NCBI GenBank assembly: GCA_903915625.1
Contig: CAIWTN010000088.1
Coordinates: 81,938 to 145,937, forward strand
DNA: 64,000 nt
Direction of reading: 5' to 3'
DNA from: an uncultured Pseudomonadota bacterium
GTDB taxonomy: Bacteria > Bdellovibrionota_B > Oligoflexia > Oligoflexales > CAIYRB01
The notes beneath the pieces are model-generated. The model was not told the DNA's origin. It ran no database searches and worked only from the letters and a program-made list of their open reading frames with translations. Numbering within the stretch: position 1 is the stretch's first letter; each line of letters opens with the position of its first letter. Of the stretch, positions 28,874 to 38,309 are shown in pieces. The position numbers and the translations under genes are program-made.

Positions 28874-31207
28874 CTAGCTTGGTGATGAGCCCTCGTCAGC
28901 GGGGCCGTCACCAGGCTCTTCTGCAGGCACTTCCTGATCATGTACGGTCTTACAAGAAGGACAGATGTAGCGAGTTCCATCCTTTTTGGTGGTTTTTTCT
29001 GTCAATAACGGGAAATTGCAATTGCTGCAAGGCTTCGGCACAGGTTTGTCCCACACCGCATACTGACATCCTGGGTAATTTGTACAGCCCCAGAAGTTCT
29101 TGCCCACGCGTGTTCTTCGCGGCACCAAATTGCCGGAACATCCCTCCTCCGGACAATGAACATCGGATTGCGGACTCTTAACCGTTGGGCAAGTGGGGTA
29201 GTCCTGACAGGCAATGTAATCACCGTAGCGACCACTGCGCATGATCATGTCTTTGCTGCACTTAGGACATTTATCGCCTGAGTACTTTGGTTCATTGACT
29301 ACGATCTTGCCGTCCGGATCACGCACGAACTCACGCGTCGCGCGGCATTTGGGATAATTCGAACACCCTAAAAACTCGCCTCGCGACGACCACTTGATGT
29401 GAAAGACGCTACCACAACGATCGCAGATAATGTCCGTCGGCTCCGATGACGCCTTCACATTAAGCATCGCCACTTCAGCACCCTTCACCTGGGTCGCAAA
29501 CGGAGCATAAAAGTCTTTAAGGATCTGCCGCCATTGGGCTGTGCCTTCTTCGACTTTATCTAAGCTCTCTTCCATCCCAGCGGTGAATAATGCACTGAGA
29601 ATCTCGGGAAATGCTTGAACTAACAGTTCATTAACTTTCTCACCTAAGACTGTTGGCTCGTAGCGATTTTCGGCTTTTTTAATGTATCCTCGGTCGACAA
29701 TCGTCGAAAGGATCGTGGCATAAGTAGATGGCCGCCCAATGCCTTTTTCATCGAGTTCTTTTACCATCGACGATTCGTTAAAGCGTGGTGGGGGCTGAGT
29801 GAAATGCTGCTGCAAATCGATATTATTTAGCTTAACAACTTCGCCTTCTTTTAACGGTGGGAGAATGCCCTCGTCATTGGACTCGCCGTCTTCCTCGTCA
29901 GCGCGACGGCGTTCTTCGTCTTTACCCTCCTCATAAACCTCGAGAAACCCTTTAAAGACCAACCGAGAGCCAGTCGCTCGCAGGCCGATTTTGCCGCCAT
30001 CTGCAGCAAAATCGACGGAAAGCTGATCGTAAACGGCAGGCTTCATTTGGCAGGCGACAAAACGGTTCCAGATTAGTTTGTAGAGCGACAGTTGTTCCTT
30101 GCTCAGGACATTGGCAACGCGCTCAGGAGGATACTCCAGACTAGTCGGACGAACAGCTTCATGGGCGTCTTGAGCCGATTTTTTCGACTTATAAGAGATG
30201 GGCTTATCTGGAAGGCTGTCAGCGCCAAATTTTGTTTTGATATAGTCCCTTACAGCACTCAACGCATCATCAGCAATACGCGTAGAGTCGGTCCTCATAT
30301 AGGTGATTAACCCCAAAGGCCCTTCACCCTCGATGTCAACACCCTCATACAAGCTCTGCGCCACCGACATCGTGCGTTTCACATTGAAACCAATCTTACG
30401 GTAGGCTTCCTGCTGCAATTTCGATGTCGTAAAAGGCGGAACCGGATTCCTTTTTCTCTCTTTTTGCTGGACGGTCTTGACGAGCACTTTACCAGCCGCA
30501 ATGCGTTCTTTAATCGCATTAGCCTGTTCGCCCGTCTGCACTTTAAGGTCTTTTCCTAGCTTCCTATCATCAACAAATGTCAGTCGCGACAAAATCGGCG
30601 GCGGTGATTTCGCATCGAGATGCACGTCGACCGTCCAGTATTCGTCTGGTTTGAAACGACGAATTTCCTGCTCTCTCTCACATATCAGGCGCACTGCAAC
30701 ACTCTGGACGCGCCCCGCCGAAAGGCCGCGCTTTACTTTCTTCCATAGTAACGGGCTGATTTGATAGCCCACCAAACGGTCTAGTATCCTTCTAGCCTGT
30801 TGCGACTCATATTTATTTAGGTCAAGTGCTCCAGGGTGGCCAATGGCTTCTAGGACACCCTTTTTTGTGATTTCCTGAATTAAGACTCGATGCACCTGCT
30901 CGGTTGGTTTGTTGATTTCACCAGCGATGTGCCATGCTATAGCCTCACCCTCGCGATCGGGGTCGGGGGCCAGATAAACTGTCTCCGCTTCCTCGGCTGC
31001 GGCCTTGATCTCCTTTAAGATCTTTTCCTTACCCGGAATGGTCACATATTGCGGCTCAAAGTTTTTATCGACATCAACCCCTAAAGATCGAGCCGGCAGG
31101 TCCTTAACATGACCTTTAGACGCTAGGACTTCGTAGTCTTTGCCCAGATATTTTTTTAGCGCTTTCACTTTCGTCGGAGACTCGACGACCACTAAATATT
31201 TTGCCAT
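28874..31207 (-). CDS. topA: DNA topoisomerase I
   Basis: The Toprim start is MAKYLVVVESPTKVKALKKYLG, and the active-site region is GLITYMRTDS. Four C-terminal Cys4 zinc ribbons are present (for example CDRCGS...CSNYPKC and CPKCSK...CQDYPTC). Confidence 0.96.
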   Translation of the reverse strand: MAKYLVVVESPTKVKALKKYLGKDYEVLASKGHVKDLPARSLGVDVDKNFEPQYVTIPGKEKILKEIKAAAEEAETVYLAPDPDREGEAIAWHIAGEINKPTEQVHRVLIQEITKKGVLEAIGHPGALDLNKYESQQARRILDRLVGYQISPLLWKKVKRGLSAGRVQSVAVRLICEREQEIRRFKPDEYWTVDVHLDAKSPPPILSRLTFVDDRKLGKDLKVQTGEQANAIKERIAAGKVLVKTVQQKERKRNPVPPFTTSKLQQEAYRKIGFNVKRTMSVAQSLYEGVDIEGEGPLGLITYMRTDSTRIADDALSAVRDYIKTKFGADSLPDKPISYKSKKSAQDAHEAVRPTSLEYPPERVANVLSKEQLSLYKLIWNRFVACQMKPAVYDQLSVDFAADGGKIGLRATGSRLVFKGFLEVYEEGKDEERRRADEEDGESNDEGILPPLKEGEVVKLNNIDLQQHFTQPPPRFNESSMVKELDEKGIGRPSTYATILSTIVDRGYIKKAENRYEPTVLGEKVNELLVQAFPEILSALFTAGMEESLDKVEEGTAQWRQILKDFYAPFATQVKGAEVAMLNVKASSEPTDIICDRCGSVFHIKWSSRGEFLGCSNYPKCRATREFVRDPDGKIVVNEPKYSGDKCPKCSKDMIMRSGRYGDYIACQDYPTCPTVKSPQSDVHCPEEGCSGNLVPRRTRVGKNFWGCTNYPGCQYAVWDKPVPKPCSNCNFPLLTEKTTKKDGTRYICPSCKTVHDQEVPAEEPGDGPADEGSSPS

Positions 31208-31250
31208 GATCGTTCACTTACTCCGATCGGATAACTGCTCATAATAAGCG

Positions 31251-31748
31251 TTAATTATACTTTTGGCGCGGCCAACGCTTTAGCACTTTAGATAGATTCA
31301 TGCCAGCTAGGCTCGGTACTGACACCCCTAAAACATCTGCAAGGAATCCGTCAATCTCATGGCGATCCCAGTCTCGAGAGTCCATCGCCCGTAGACCCTC
31401 CAGCAGCCGCTCGGCCACATCCTGATGTAACCAGGCGCGACGCTTACAGCTATCTACCGCTCGCATGAGCAAAGGATGCACACAAACGAGCTCGAGGACA
31501 TGATCCATCCGCGGGCCATTGACGATGGGCTGCAACATACCTAGTGAATCTGACAAGTTACCGGACATAGCTGCCTTGTCCATCCAGTCCATAGCTTTGC
31601 CAATCCCATCAGCAGAGAAACCCTGCTCGCTCAGTTGCGCCCTAATGACCCGATCATCTTCTGGCGGAATGCCATCCCGATTAATCAACTCAGCGATACT
31701 GCGCACCGCTAGCCACCATTCTTGCACCGATTCTCCGCGCTCGGCCAT
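31251..31748 (-). CDS. smg: Smg protein (DUF494 family)
   Basis: 165 aa. The pattern LSEQGFSADGIGKAMDWMDK resembles Smg (E. coli [20 protein letters not shown]). Its position between dprA and topA matches the known dprA-smg-topA arrangement. Confidence 0.6.
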   Translation of the reverse strand: MAERGESVQEWWLAVRSIAELINRDGIPPEDDRVIRAQLSEQGFSADGIGKAMDWMDKAAMSGNLSDSLGMLQPIVNGPRMDHVLELVCVHPLLMRAVDSCKRRAWLHQDVAERLLEGLRAMDSRDWDRHEIDGFLADVLGVSVPSLAGMNLSKVLKRWPRQKYN

Positions 31749-31841
31749 GAGTCACCTACCGGTTAGTGCTGTAGTAAACCGAATACTTTCGGCATAGCAG
31801 GTACTTAAAGCTATAGCAAGGCAGAGGGACATTTTCACCCC

Positions 31842-32816
31842 TCACTGCAAAGCGCTGTCCGTCCGCGATGCCAGCGAAGCCTCTGATAAATTAGCATGTT
31901 CAATCAATTCGCTGGCACAAGAAAATCCCCAGGCGCCCTCGGCAAGGAGAGCTTCGCTGCCGCGAGCTCTGATATCACCTTCGGGATGGCGCAGCACCGC
32001 CACCTCAGAACCTTGATCTAAGGCTCGTCTAGCCGTCACCAGGGCGCCAGACCTTTGAGCGGCCTGCATCACTAGTGTCAAACTAGACATGCCTGAAATG
32101 ATCCGATTGCGGGCCGTAAAATCCAGAGGGCGGCATGGCGATGCCCACAGTCGCTCAGATACTAAGACGGCACGCCGAGCCATTAAGCGGCGAAAAATCG
32201 GATCATTTGCGACTGGATATAGCCTTGCTAAACCTCCAGCGAAAACACAAATCGCTGGCGCAGGGTCACGCCCACTCGCCAAGACACCGTGATGAGCAGC
32301 AATATCGCAACCCAAGGCACCACCACTAACTACAGCAATATCGTGCTCGCCCAAAGCCCGTCCCAAAGTAAAGCTCTCTCGCATGGCAAAAGCCGAAGCT
32401 TTGCGAGAGCCAACCACACTAATTGCAGGCCTATAAAGCAGGCTCAATTCACCACGAATGGATAGGCCTAAAGGTGGATCAGAGATATTGCGCAATAACG
32501 GAGGGTATTCCTTGTCTCCCCACACCACATATCGGGCGTGAGCTGACTCAATTGCAGCTAGATGAGCTGAGATGGCCTGCGCTAAACCCATGCCCGACCT
32601 ATCGTGAGAACGCAAATAGCGTGGCAACCACGATAGCCGCGACGCCTCACTGTTTGCCTCATTATTAATTAAGTCAGCCCAATCATTTGATGACTCTGGC
32701 GATGACTCAGGAGACTGCGCACCAGTGGCTTGTTCCGGCGAGATTGGCGGCGGAATCCAACGATAGATAATTTGAGAAGCCACATGGCTAATAGTCACGA
32801 GATCCCGATAATTCAT
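31842..32816 (-). CDS. dprA: DNA processing protein A
   Basis: The Rossmann-like DprA core reads ISVVGSRKAS...VVSGGALGCDIAAHHGVL...GMSSLTLVMQAAQRSGALVTA. Confidence 0.88.
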   Translation of the reverse strand: MNYRDLVTISHVASQIIYRWIPPPISPEQATGAQSPESSPESSNDWADLINNEANSEASRLSWLPRYLRSHDRSGMGLAQAISAHLAAIESAHARYVVWGDKEYPPLLRNISDPPLGLSIRGELSLLYRPAISVVGSRKASAFAMRESFTLGRALGEHDIAVVSGGALGCDIAAHHGVLASGRDPAPAICVFAGGLARLYPVANDPIFRRLMARRAVLVSERLWASPCRPLDFTARNRIISGMSSLTLVMQAAQRSGALVTARRALDQGSEVAVLRHPEGDIRARGSEALLAEGAWGFSCASELIEHANLSEASLASRTDSALQ

Positions 32817-32942
32817 AGCTACCTCCAGATCAACTCAGCATGACTTTTAAAAGCTAAGTTGACCACGGACATGAGCAGCACGAACTATGACTTGCGATAT
32901 CATTGCGAGCATATTCGCAGATGCAGAGATAGAAATTAGAAT

Positions 32943-34475
32943 CTACGGCTTACCTGTGACATCACCGACACGAAGTTCTGACGAGCTGTGGACTACATAA
33001 CCAACAGCGGCAGCATCTGTGACATCTACGATCAACATGGCTCCGACCATTTTGTAATCCACCGGAATATCCGCATCTCCCGACAACCGGCTCAAAAATC
33101 CGGGCGTCGAATAAACAGGCAGATACGAACCAGCAGCCAAGCCAGCGGACCGCCCCTTGTCAAGGAAGGCAAATCCCCCCCGAGCACCAGACTCCTGACC
33201 ATCGTAATCCCACCCGATGATAGTGGCTCTATTTGCACTCATCGAACCAACTTGTTCATTAATTGGCACAGAGCGAGAGGTAGCAATCAAATTCACTACC
33301 AAGTCTTCAGGCGACACAGGTAATCGGCCAAGATCGATAATGGCACGGAACCTATCGTCCCCAAGAGCCTGCGTAATCCTAACATTCGCTACGAAATCGT
33401 ACCTATAACCGACAAATTCTCCGGTATCAGGATTCGAAATCTCTCCTCTCGGACGCAAAACGGTATACCGCGACCCTGATTTTAAACTGGATCCCTCCGA
33501 CAGTAGTACCTCATCACCTTGCTGTGCTGCTATCTGCCCCATGCGGCCCACTAGTACAGTCCCCTTGGGGTCAACCTCACGGCCATAAATGAATCCAGGC
33601 AACTGCACATCAATAGCCGATGCATTATAGATGCGCCCGCCCATAAGGGGCTGCTCGGCTAAATTATCTACTTGGTCGGCGCCAATAACCTCTGAGACAT
33701 CCTCAGCAGCTTCCTTTTCGGATGGAAACACAATTGTCTCTGGCTTATCTGACTTTTCAGACCTCTCAACTCGCTCAGCGACTAGCTGTGTCTCTTCGAG
33801 ATCAGCCTTGTCTATAGGAACGGTATCCTCCTCTGCCACAACCTGCAGATACGGCGGATTTTCATCGTCTCCTGGATAAAATCTAAGACGCATCAACGGG
33901 AAAATAAAATGAGGATTTTTAATCTCTGGGTTTAGTGACCACAGTTTTGGCCAATACCCAGGCTCGTCTAAAAGTTGATCACAAATATCTATCAGCGTAT
34001 CGCCGTCCTCGATGACGTAATCCTCCGGCGCCTCTTCGTCAGCCAGTAAACGCATAGTTCCTGGTACTGGCGGAGCTCCAGAAAAATCATTCGAAGCTGG
34101 CAATGAACTAAAATCTCCGACGAGAATTTCGTCATCTACGTTTTCCGTAGCGCTAGCAACTCCTGGTTTTACCGCCGGCGCAACCTTGGGCTGAGTCAAT
34201 GATTCAGCTGGTAAAGCCGACGTCTTTTCAACTTTTTCATCGTCGCCAATAGTTAAAGTAGCATTGTTCCCTGTTGCCTGAGAATTCTTGCTATCAAAGC
34301 TAGGGACGGAGACCTTGGTCGCCTCTTCACCATCTAATTCGTCTACAGCGTTAGTCGGAGTCGCAAGATCCAAACCATCTTGAGACAGAGCCGGCAAAGA
34401 TACACAACAAAATATTGCTACAATTAGATGTAATACAATGCGTTTTTTCAGATTTAAAATAGAGTATTCACTCAC
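32943..34475 (-). CDS. exported LysM-domain protein
   Basis: 510 aa with a signal peptide (IFCCVSLPALS|Q) and an acidic low-complexity region. The LysM motif is YVIEDGDTLIDICDQLL...LWSLNPEIKNP...LRFYP. Its start overlaps the upstream stop by 4 nt. Confidence 0.65.
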   Translation of the reverse strand: MSEYSILNLKKRIVLHLIVAIFCCVSLPALSQDGLDLATPTNAVDELDGEEATKVSVPSFDSKNSQATGNNATLTIGDDEKVEKTSALPAESLTQPKVAPAVKPGVASATENVDDEILVGDFSSLPASNDFSGAPPVPGTMRLLADEEAPEDYVIEDGDTLIDICDQLLDEPGYWPKLWSLNPEIKNPHFIFPLMRLRFYPGDDENPPYLQVVAEEDTVPIDKADLEETQLVAERVERSEKSDKPETIVFPSEKEAAEDVSEVIGADQVDNLAEQPLMGGRIYNASAIDVQLPGFIYGREVDPKGTVLVGRMGQIAAQQGDEVLLSEGSSLKSGSRYTVLRPRGEISNPDTGEFVGYRYDFVANVRITQALGDDRFRAIIDLGRLPVSPEDLVVNLIATSRSVPINEQVGSMSANRATIIGWDYDGQESGARGGFAFLDKGRSAGLAAGSYLPVYSTPGFLSRLSGDADIPVDYKMVGAMLIVDVTDAAAVGYVVHSSSELRVGDVTGKP

Positions 34476-35419
34476 AGTTTCTTATCCAAGGTGTCGAGTT
34501 CCATCTTCGCCATTTCAGCCGCATCTGCGTAAGGATGTTTTTGAATTACTGCCCGAAATGAGGCCAAAGCGGTTTCTCGCATACCTAGTTGCCATTCGAC
34601 ACGCCCTAGTTCCAGCAAAGCGCGAGGAACCCAAGGGCTATCGTTGTGCTTCTTTATAAAATCACCAAGCAATTGTTTAGCTGTGCTGTACTCTTTCAAA
34701 TTGGACCAGCACTTAGCAACCCAGTAAAGATGCATAGCACCGCTGACTCGATCTCCAAATTTTTTGCCGATTGCTGAGTACTCCACGATCGCACGACCGT
34801 AGCGACCAGCTCTATAACTATCGTGAGCCGTGGCTAGAGCAGTTTGATAGGCCGCCTTCTCTTCTTTACTAGAAAAATCATCCTGCTGTTGCTCGTCATC
34901 CTCGGACTCCTCATCGCTACCAGCCTTGGTGACATCTGCAGCAACCTTATTATCTGGGGTCGTTTTAGGCTCGGGATCGGCAACGGGATTTGTCGACTCT
35001 GCGACACTTTCGCCGTGTTTATCAACCGCGCCCGACGACGGAGACACAGTTGGCGACACTTTACGCTTCGAGTCAACTTTCGAAGATTTCGCCCGCTCCG
35101 GATATTTCAACTCCTCGGGAACGAGCCCAAGAGTCATTCCCTTTTCTAGTATCACTAACCGCTCTTTCTGGCGGTATTGTTCCTCCTCTAACTCATCGAC
35201 TCTCGCCCAAAGCTTAGCCAGCTTGAGGTCGCGTTCATCACGCAACTTAGCTTGCTGGTCCACAGCAACTGCAGTCTTGACGAAGGCAGTAGCGGGGGTC
35301 GCTTGTCGTGACTCAGCAACTGGCTCAGAATTTTGACCCGCATGAAACCAATTACATGCTGTTACTGAAAAGATGACAGCAGTAGTCAAGAAAATTGTAA
35401 AAAATGACTGCGTTTTCAC
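34472..35419 (-). CDS. lipoprotein with coiled-coil N-part and TPR C-part (second CpoB/YbgF-like architecture)
   Basis: Lipobox IFSVTA|C, coiled coil LWARVDELEEEQYRQKERL, an acidic linker, and C-terminal TPRs (YRAGRYGRAIVEYSAI...HLYWVAKCW...ALLELGRVEWQLGMRETALASFRAVIQKHPYADAAEMAK). Confidence 0.65.
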   Translation of the reverse strand: MKTQSFFTIFLTTAVIFSVTACNWFHAGQNSEPVAESRQATPATAFVKTAVAVDQQAKLRDERDLKLAKLWARVDELEEEQYRQKERLVILEKGMTLGLVPEELKYPERAKSSKVDSKRKVSPTVSPSSGAVDKHGESVAESTNPVADPEPKTTPDNKVAADVTKAGSDEESEDDEQQQDDFSSKEEKAAYQTALATAHDSYRAGRYGRAIVEYSAIGKKFGDRVSGAMHLYWVAKCWSNLKEYSTAKQLLGDFIKKHNDSPWVPRALLELGRVEWQLGMRETALASFRAVIQKHPYADAAEMAKMELDTLDKKL

Positions 35420-35461
35420 GACTTTCCTCGATTACTTAAAAATTCAATTACGCTACGAATC

Positions 35462-36250
35462 TTAGATTGCTTCTTTTAGTGCCAATTGTTGCATGAATTG
35501 CTTTAGTCCCAATCGCAGTGGCTCACTTTGCTCGGTAAAAAACAGCCCAAAGCGATAAGTACGGGAATAAAGTGAAGCCTGACCGGCGGTTTGAGTTTGC
35601 TGAAGATGTTCTTTGATACGTTTAATCCAACGCACCTCAATACTTACTGACAACGGCTCCTGCATTGGTAAAATTAGCTTCGCCGCTCCGTCCTTAATCC
35701 CTCTAGGAAGGACTGAGCACAAAGCAGGAAATCTGGTGATGGCACAAACACCACCGGAGCTTACATCAGCGAGACTTATGAGGGGCGCTGACGCGATATG
35801 ATGCAGATAAAATGGTGGCGCAGTTGAGTCATCGATCTGAGGTTCCCAAATACTTAGCCGAAGAAATGCAGATAAATCCTCGCGGCAATTAAAACGCTCA
35901 TTCTGACGGCGCTCCATACTCACCAAAGCTGTGGGCATAGCTAGGCGAATATTATCTTGACCTTTTTCAAGTACGGCTGCGACAAACATGACTTTTGTCG
36001 ACATGGTGACAAATTCAACCTGAACACCTGTACCAGTTCGAATCATCGACATCCCAGGAATCGAGATGCCTGTGAAACCAACAAAAGCCTGAGCACTGCC
36101 TGCGAAATTGATGTCGGTAGCTCGAGCCTTTATCGCTACGCCACCATTACCGCCGACGCGCAAGACAACTGGAATCTTTGCTTCACAAATGCGTTGAAGA
36201 ATTCGCTGAACGCGCTCCGGCGTCGAAATTTTTAGGCGACTCTCGCTCAT
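35462..36250 (-). CDS. PilZ-domain (c-di-GMP receptor type) protein, YcgR-like two-domain layout
   Basis: The two PilZ signature motifs are visible: RRQNERF (RxxxR) and LADVSSGGVCA (D/NxSxxG). The ORF overlaps the 3' end of the upstream gene by 68 nt, and there is no internal ATG until much further in. Confidence 0.6.
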   Translation of the reverse strand: MSESRLKISTPERVQRILQRICEAKIPVVLRVGGNGGVAIKARATDINFAGSAQAFVGFTGISIPGMSMIRTGTGVQVEFVTMSTKVMFVAAVLEKGQDNIRLAMPTALVSMERRQNERFNCREDLSAFLRLSIWEPQIDDSTAPPFYLHHIASAPLISLADVSSGGVCAITRFPALCSVLPRGIKDGAAKLILPMQEPLSVSIEVRWIKRIKEHLQQTQTAGQASLYSRTYRFGLFFTEQSEPLRLGLKQFMQQLALKEAI

Positions 36251-37562
36251 TAGTTGCTGATTCCTGCTGATTAGCAGTGATGATCGCGGATTGCACTAGG
36301 AGGATGCTAAGGAAAAACCAGAGGGCATAAACGTAGGCTGAATCTCTTAAGTTGTTTTGCATCAGGGCACAAAAAACCGTGGCAACTGCCAAGTAGCTCA
36401 CACCTTGCGAAAGTTCTGGTCGCAGTCGCAGCCAGGTCATGAATAACCCGATCAACCAACCGAGCAAACCGAGGAACCCAATAATTCCTGTGTCCGCCAA
36501 ATACTGTAGAAACAAGTTATGAGCCTCATATATCGTATCATGATAGCCAGCAGCATTGTAGTAGGCCTTAAGCGCACCCTCAACACCGCTTCGGGTCACC
36601 CCTGTAATTGGGTTGTCCAAAAACATTTTCCAATGTAATTGCCAAAACACAACTCTCGGAAAGCGCTGCGCAAATGTTTGATCGTTTTGAAAAAGTTCGT
36701 AAAATCGAGCCAGCACCGAACCCTCCCACAACAATAAAAGTGCCGCTACTGCAACAAGCGCAGCAACTTTCACTTTATGCCGCAAGATTCGTCGACCCTC
36801 ACAAATTAGCAAAGTGCCAAGTAGCACCAATATTACGTACCTAGATCCCGAGATCAGGAGAATTAATACGGCCAAAAAAGCAGTGCCGAACCACCATCTC
36901 CGCTCTGATGTACTGAGGTCTGACGCCCCCCAACCAATCGCTAATGAAGCTAAAGCAATCAGCATCAAATTATATGCAAAGGTCAACGGGTGACCCATGA
37001 ATCCTGACACTCGGTAAACACCATATGCAAAGCGATGAGATCCGAGGGTTGCCTGCAACCCATGTGTCCAATCAATTCCGCTCCAATGCTGCACTGTGCA
37101 ATAAATTAGAAGTGCCAGCATCCAGAGGCACATCCAGGGACCTACTCGCTGCGGCAAGCACCCACGACGGGCACAGGCGATGCATCCGGATGACACAACA
37201 AGCCAAAGCAATCCATATTTGACAACAGTATGAACCCACTCAGAGAGTGCCTTAGCTACCGGCTTGGACCATGGTGATAAGTGCACACCAAGTAAGGCGG
37301 CCAGTAAGTGACCTAAAACGAGACAAAAGCAGCCCCAATGAAAGGGCTTGATGCTATGACTTAAAGACCGAATAAACCTTGAGTCCCAAGAGTTGGGCAT
37401 GGACAGCTGATTTTTTCCCACTATTGCTAATCGCCAGCTGCCCGTAAAAAGAAGCCAAAGTAGGGTTGCAAAACTAACAGTATAGCCAGCAAAAATGGGC
37501 AAGGTTGTTGCCACGGCTGCGAAACCAATAATGACCATAATGGTTTTGGGCGGATGACTCAC
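36183..37562 (-). CDS. polytopic membrane protein, O-antigen ligase/polymerase (Wzy_C)-like
   Basis: 459 aa with at least 10 hydrophobic segments. The region LLISGSRYVILVLLGTLL is followed by a larger loop, as in the O-antigen-ligase family. The assignment rests on pattern only. Confidence 0.5.
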   Translation of the reverse strand: MSHPPKTIMVIIGFAAVATTLPIFAGYTVSFATLLWLLFTGSWRLAIVGKNQLSMPNSWDSRFIRSLSHSIKPFHWGCFCLVLGHLLAALLGVHLSPWSKPVAKALSEWVHTVVKYGLLWLVVSSGCIACARRGCLPQRVGPWMCLWMLALLIYCTVQHWSGIDWTHGLQATLGSHRFAYGVYRVSGFMGHPLTFAYNLMLIALASLAIGWGASDLSTSERRWWFGTAFLAVLILLISGSRYVILVLLGTLLICEGRRILRHKVKVAALVAVAALLLLWEGSVLARFYELFQNDQTFAQRFPRVVFWQLHWKMFLDNPITGVTRSGVEGALKAYYNAAGYHDTIYEAHNLFLQYLADTGIIGFLGLLGWLIGLFMTWLRLRPELSQGVSYLAVATVFCALMQNNLRDSAYVYALWFFLSILLVQSAIITANQQESATNERESPKNFDAGARSANSSTHL

Positions 37563-37684
37563 AGGTACCTCACAGCATTGATACCAAGTCGTGTTCGAGT
37601 CTCTTCAACTAGAGCCTGGCGCCAAAAGCGGCAGGCTCTAGTTAATCAAAATTACTGTGTTCTTTCAAATGCATATGCTAGGTT

Positions 37685-38305
37685 TTGAGAACAAAACGCG
37701 AGGCACACGTGCGGCTCATAGGTATTTTTTTAACTGCTTTTTTCGGTCTCATCCCGGTAGTTACGGCTACTGCTGGGGAAACTGACCAGCTCGAATCGCT
37801 AAACCCATTCGCCAAATCTTATATTAAATTGGAGTTAGTTAGGAACTACCCAGAGGCTACCACTAAGCAAACGATGGCTCCAAGTGTCTTGCAACCTAAT
37901 TTAAGCTATCTGCACATAGTCAGCAGTGACTGGATAATGGTGCTTGGCGGCGGCTTAAAGACTCTCGAGCGTATGGACACTCCCGAGATGCGTGCACCGA
38001 GTCGCACTCTCGCAATTTATAGTTTAAATCACGAAACTCTCAGAGTGGTGCGACTCACGTATCCCTATTACTTATTACTTGGAGTAAAGGTTTCCTATTT
38101 ATTGCCATCAAGAACTGGCAAGCCACCGCCTCTTAGGGATCCGATCTATCCTACGGAGATTGGCCTAGCTCTGTCAGCTCAGGCAGTCCATCTACTTAGC
38201 CAGCGCACGATGCTATCACTGCGAGTTGATCGCTGGCGTGGGGTCAACAGCTCCAAGCTCGCTGGGATGGAATTAGCCATAGGTATTGCAAGGTCTTTAG
38301 AGTGA
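37685..38305 (+). CDS. hypothetical exported protein
   Basis: 206 aa with signal-like LIGIFLTAFFGLIPVVTATA|G. The start codon is uncertain (the track start is TTG). Confidence 0.45.
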   Translation: MRTKREAHVRLIGIFLTAFFGLIPVVTATAGETDQLESLNPFAKSYIKLELVRNYPEATTKQTMAPSVLQPNLSYLHIVSSDWIMVLGGGLKTLERMDTPEMRAPSRTLAIYSLNHETLRVVRLTYPYYLLLGVKVSYLLPSRTGKPPPLRDPIYPTEIGLALSAQAVHLLSQRTMLSLRVDRWRGVNSSKLAGMELAIGIARSLE

Positions 38306-38309
38306 AAAT

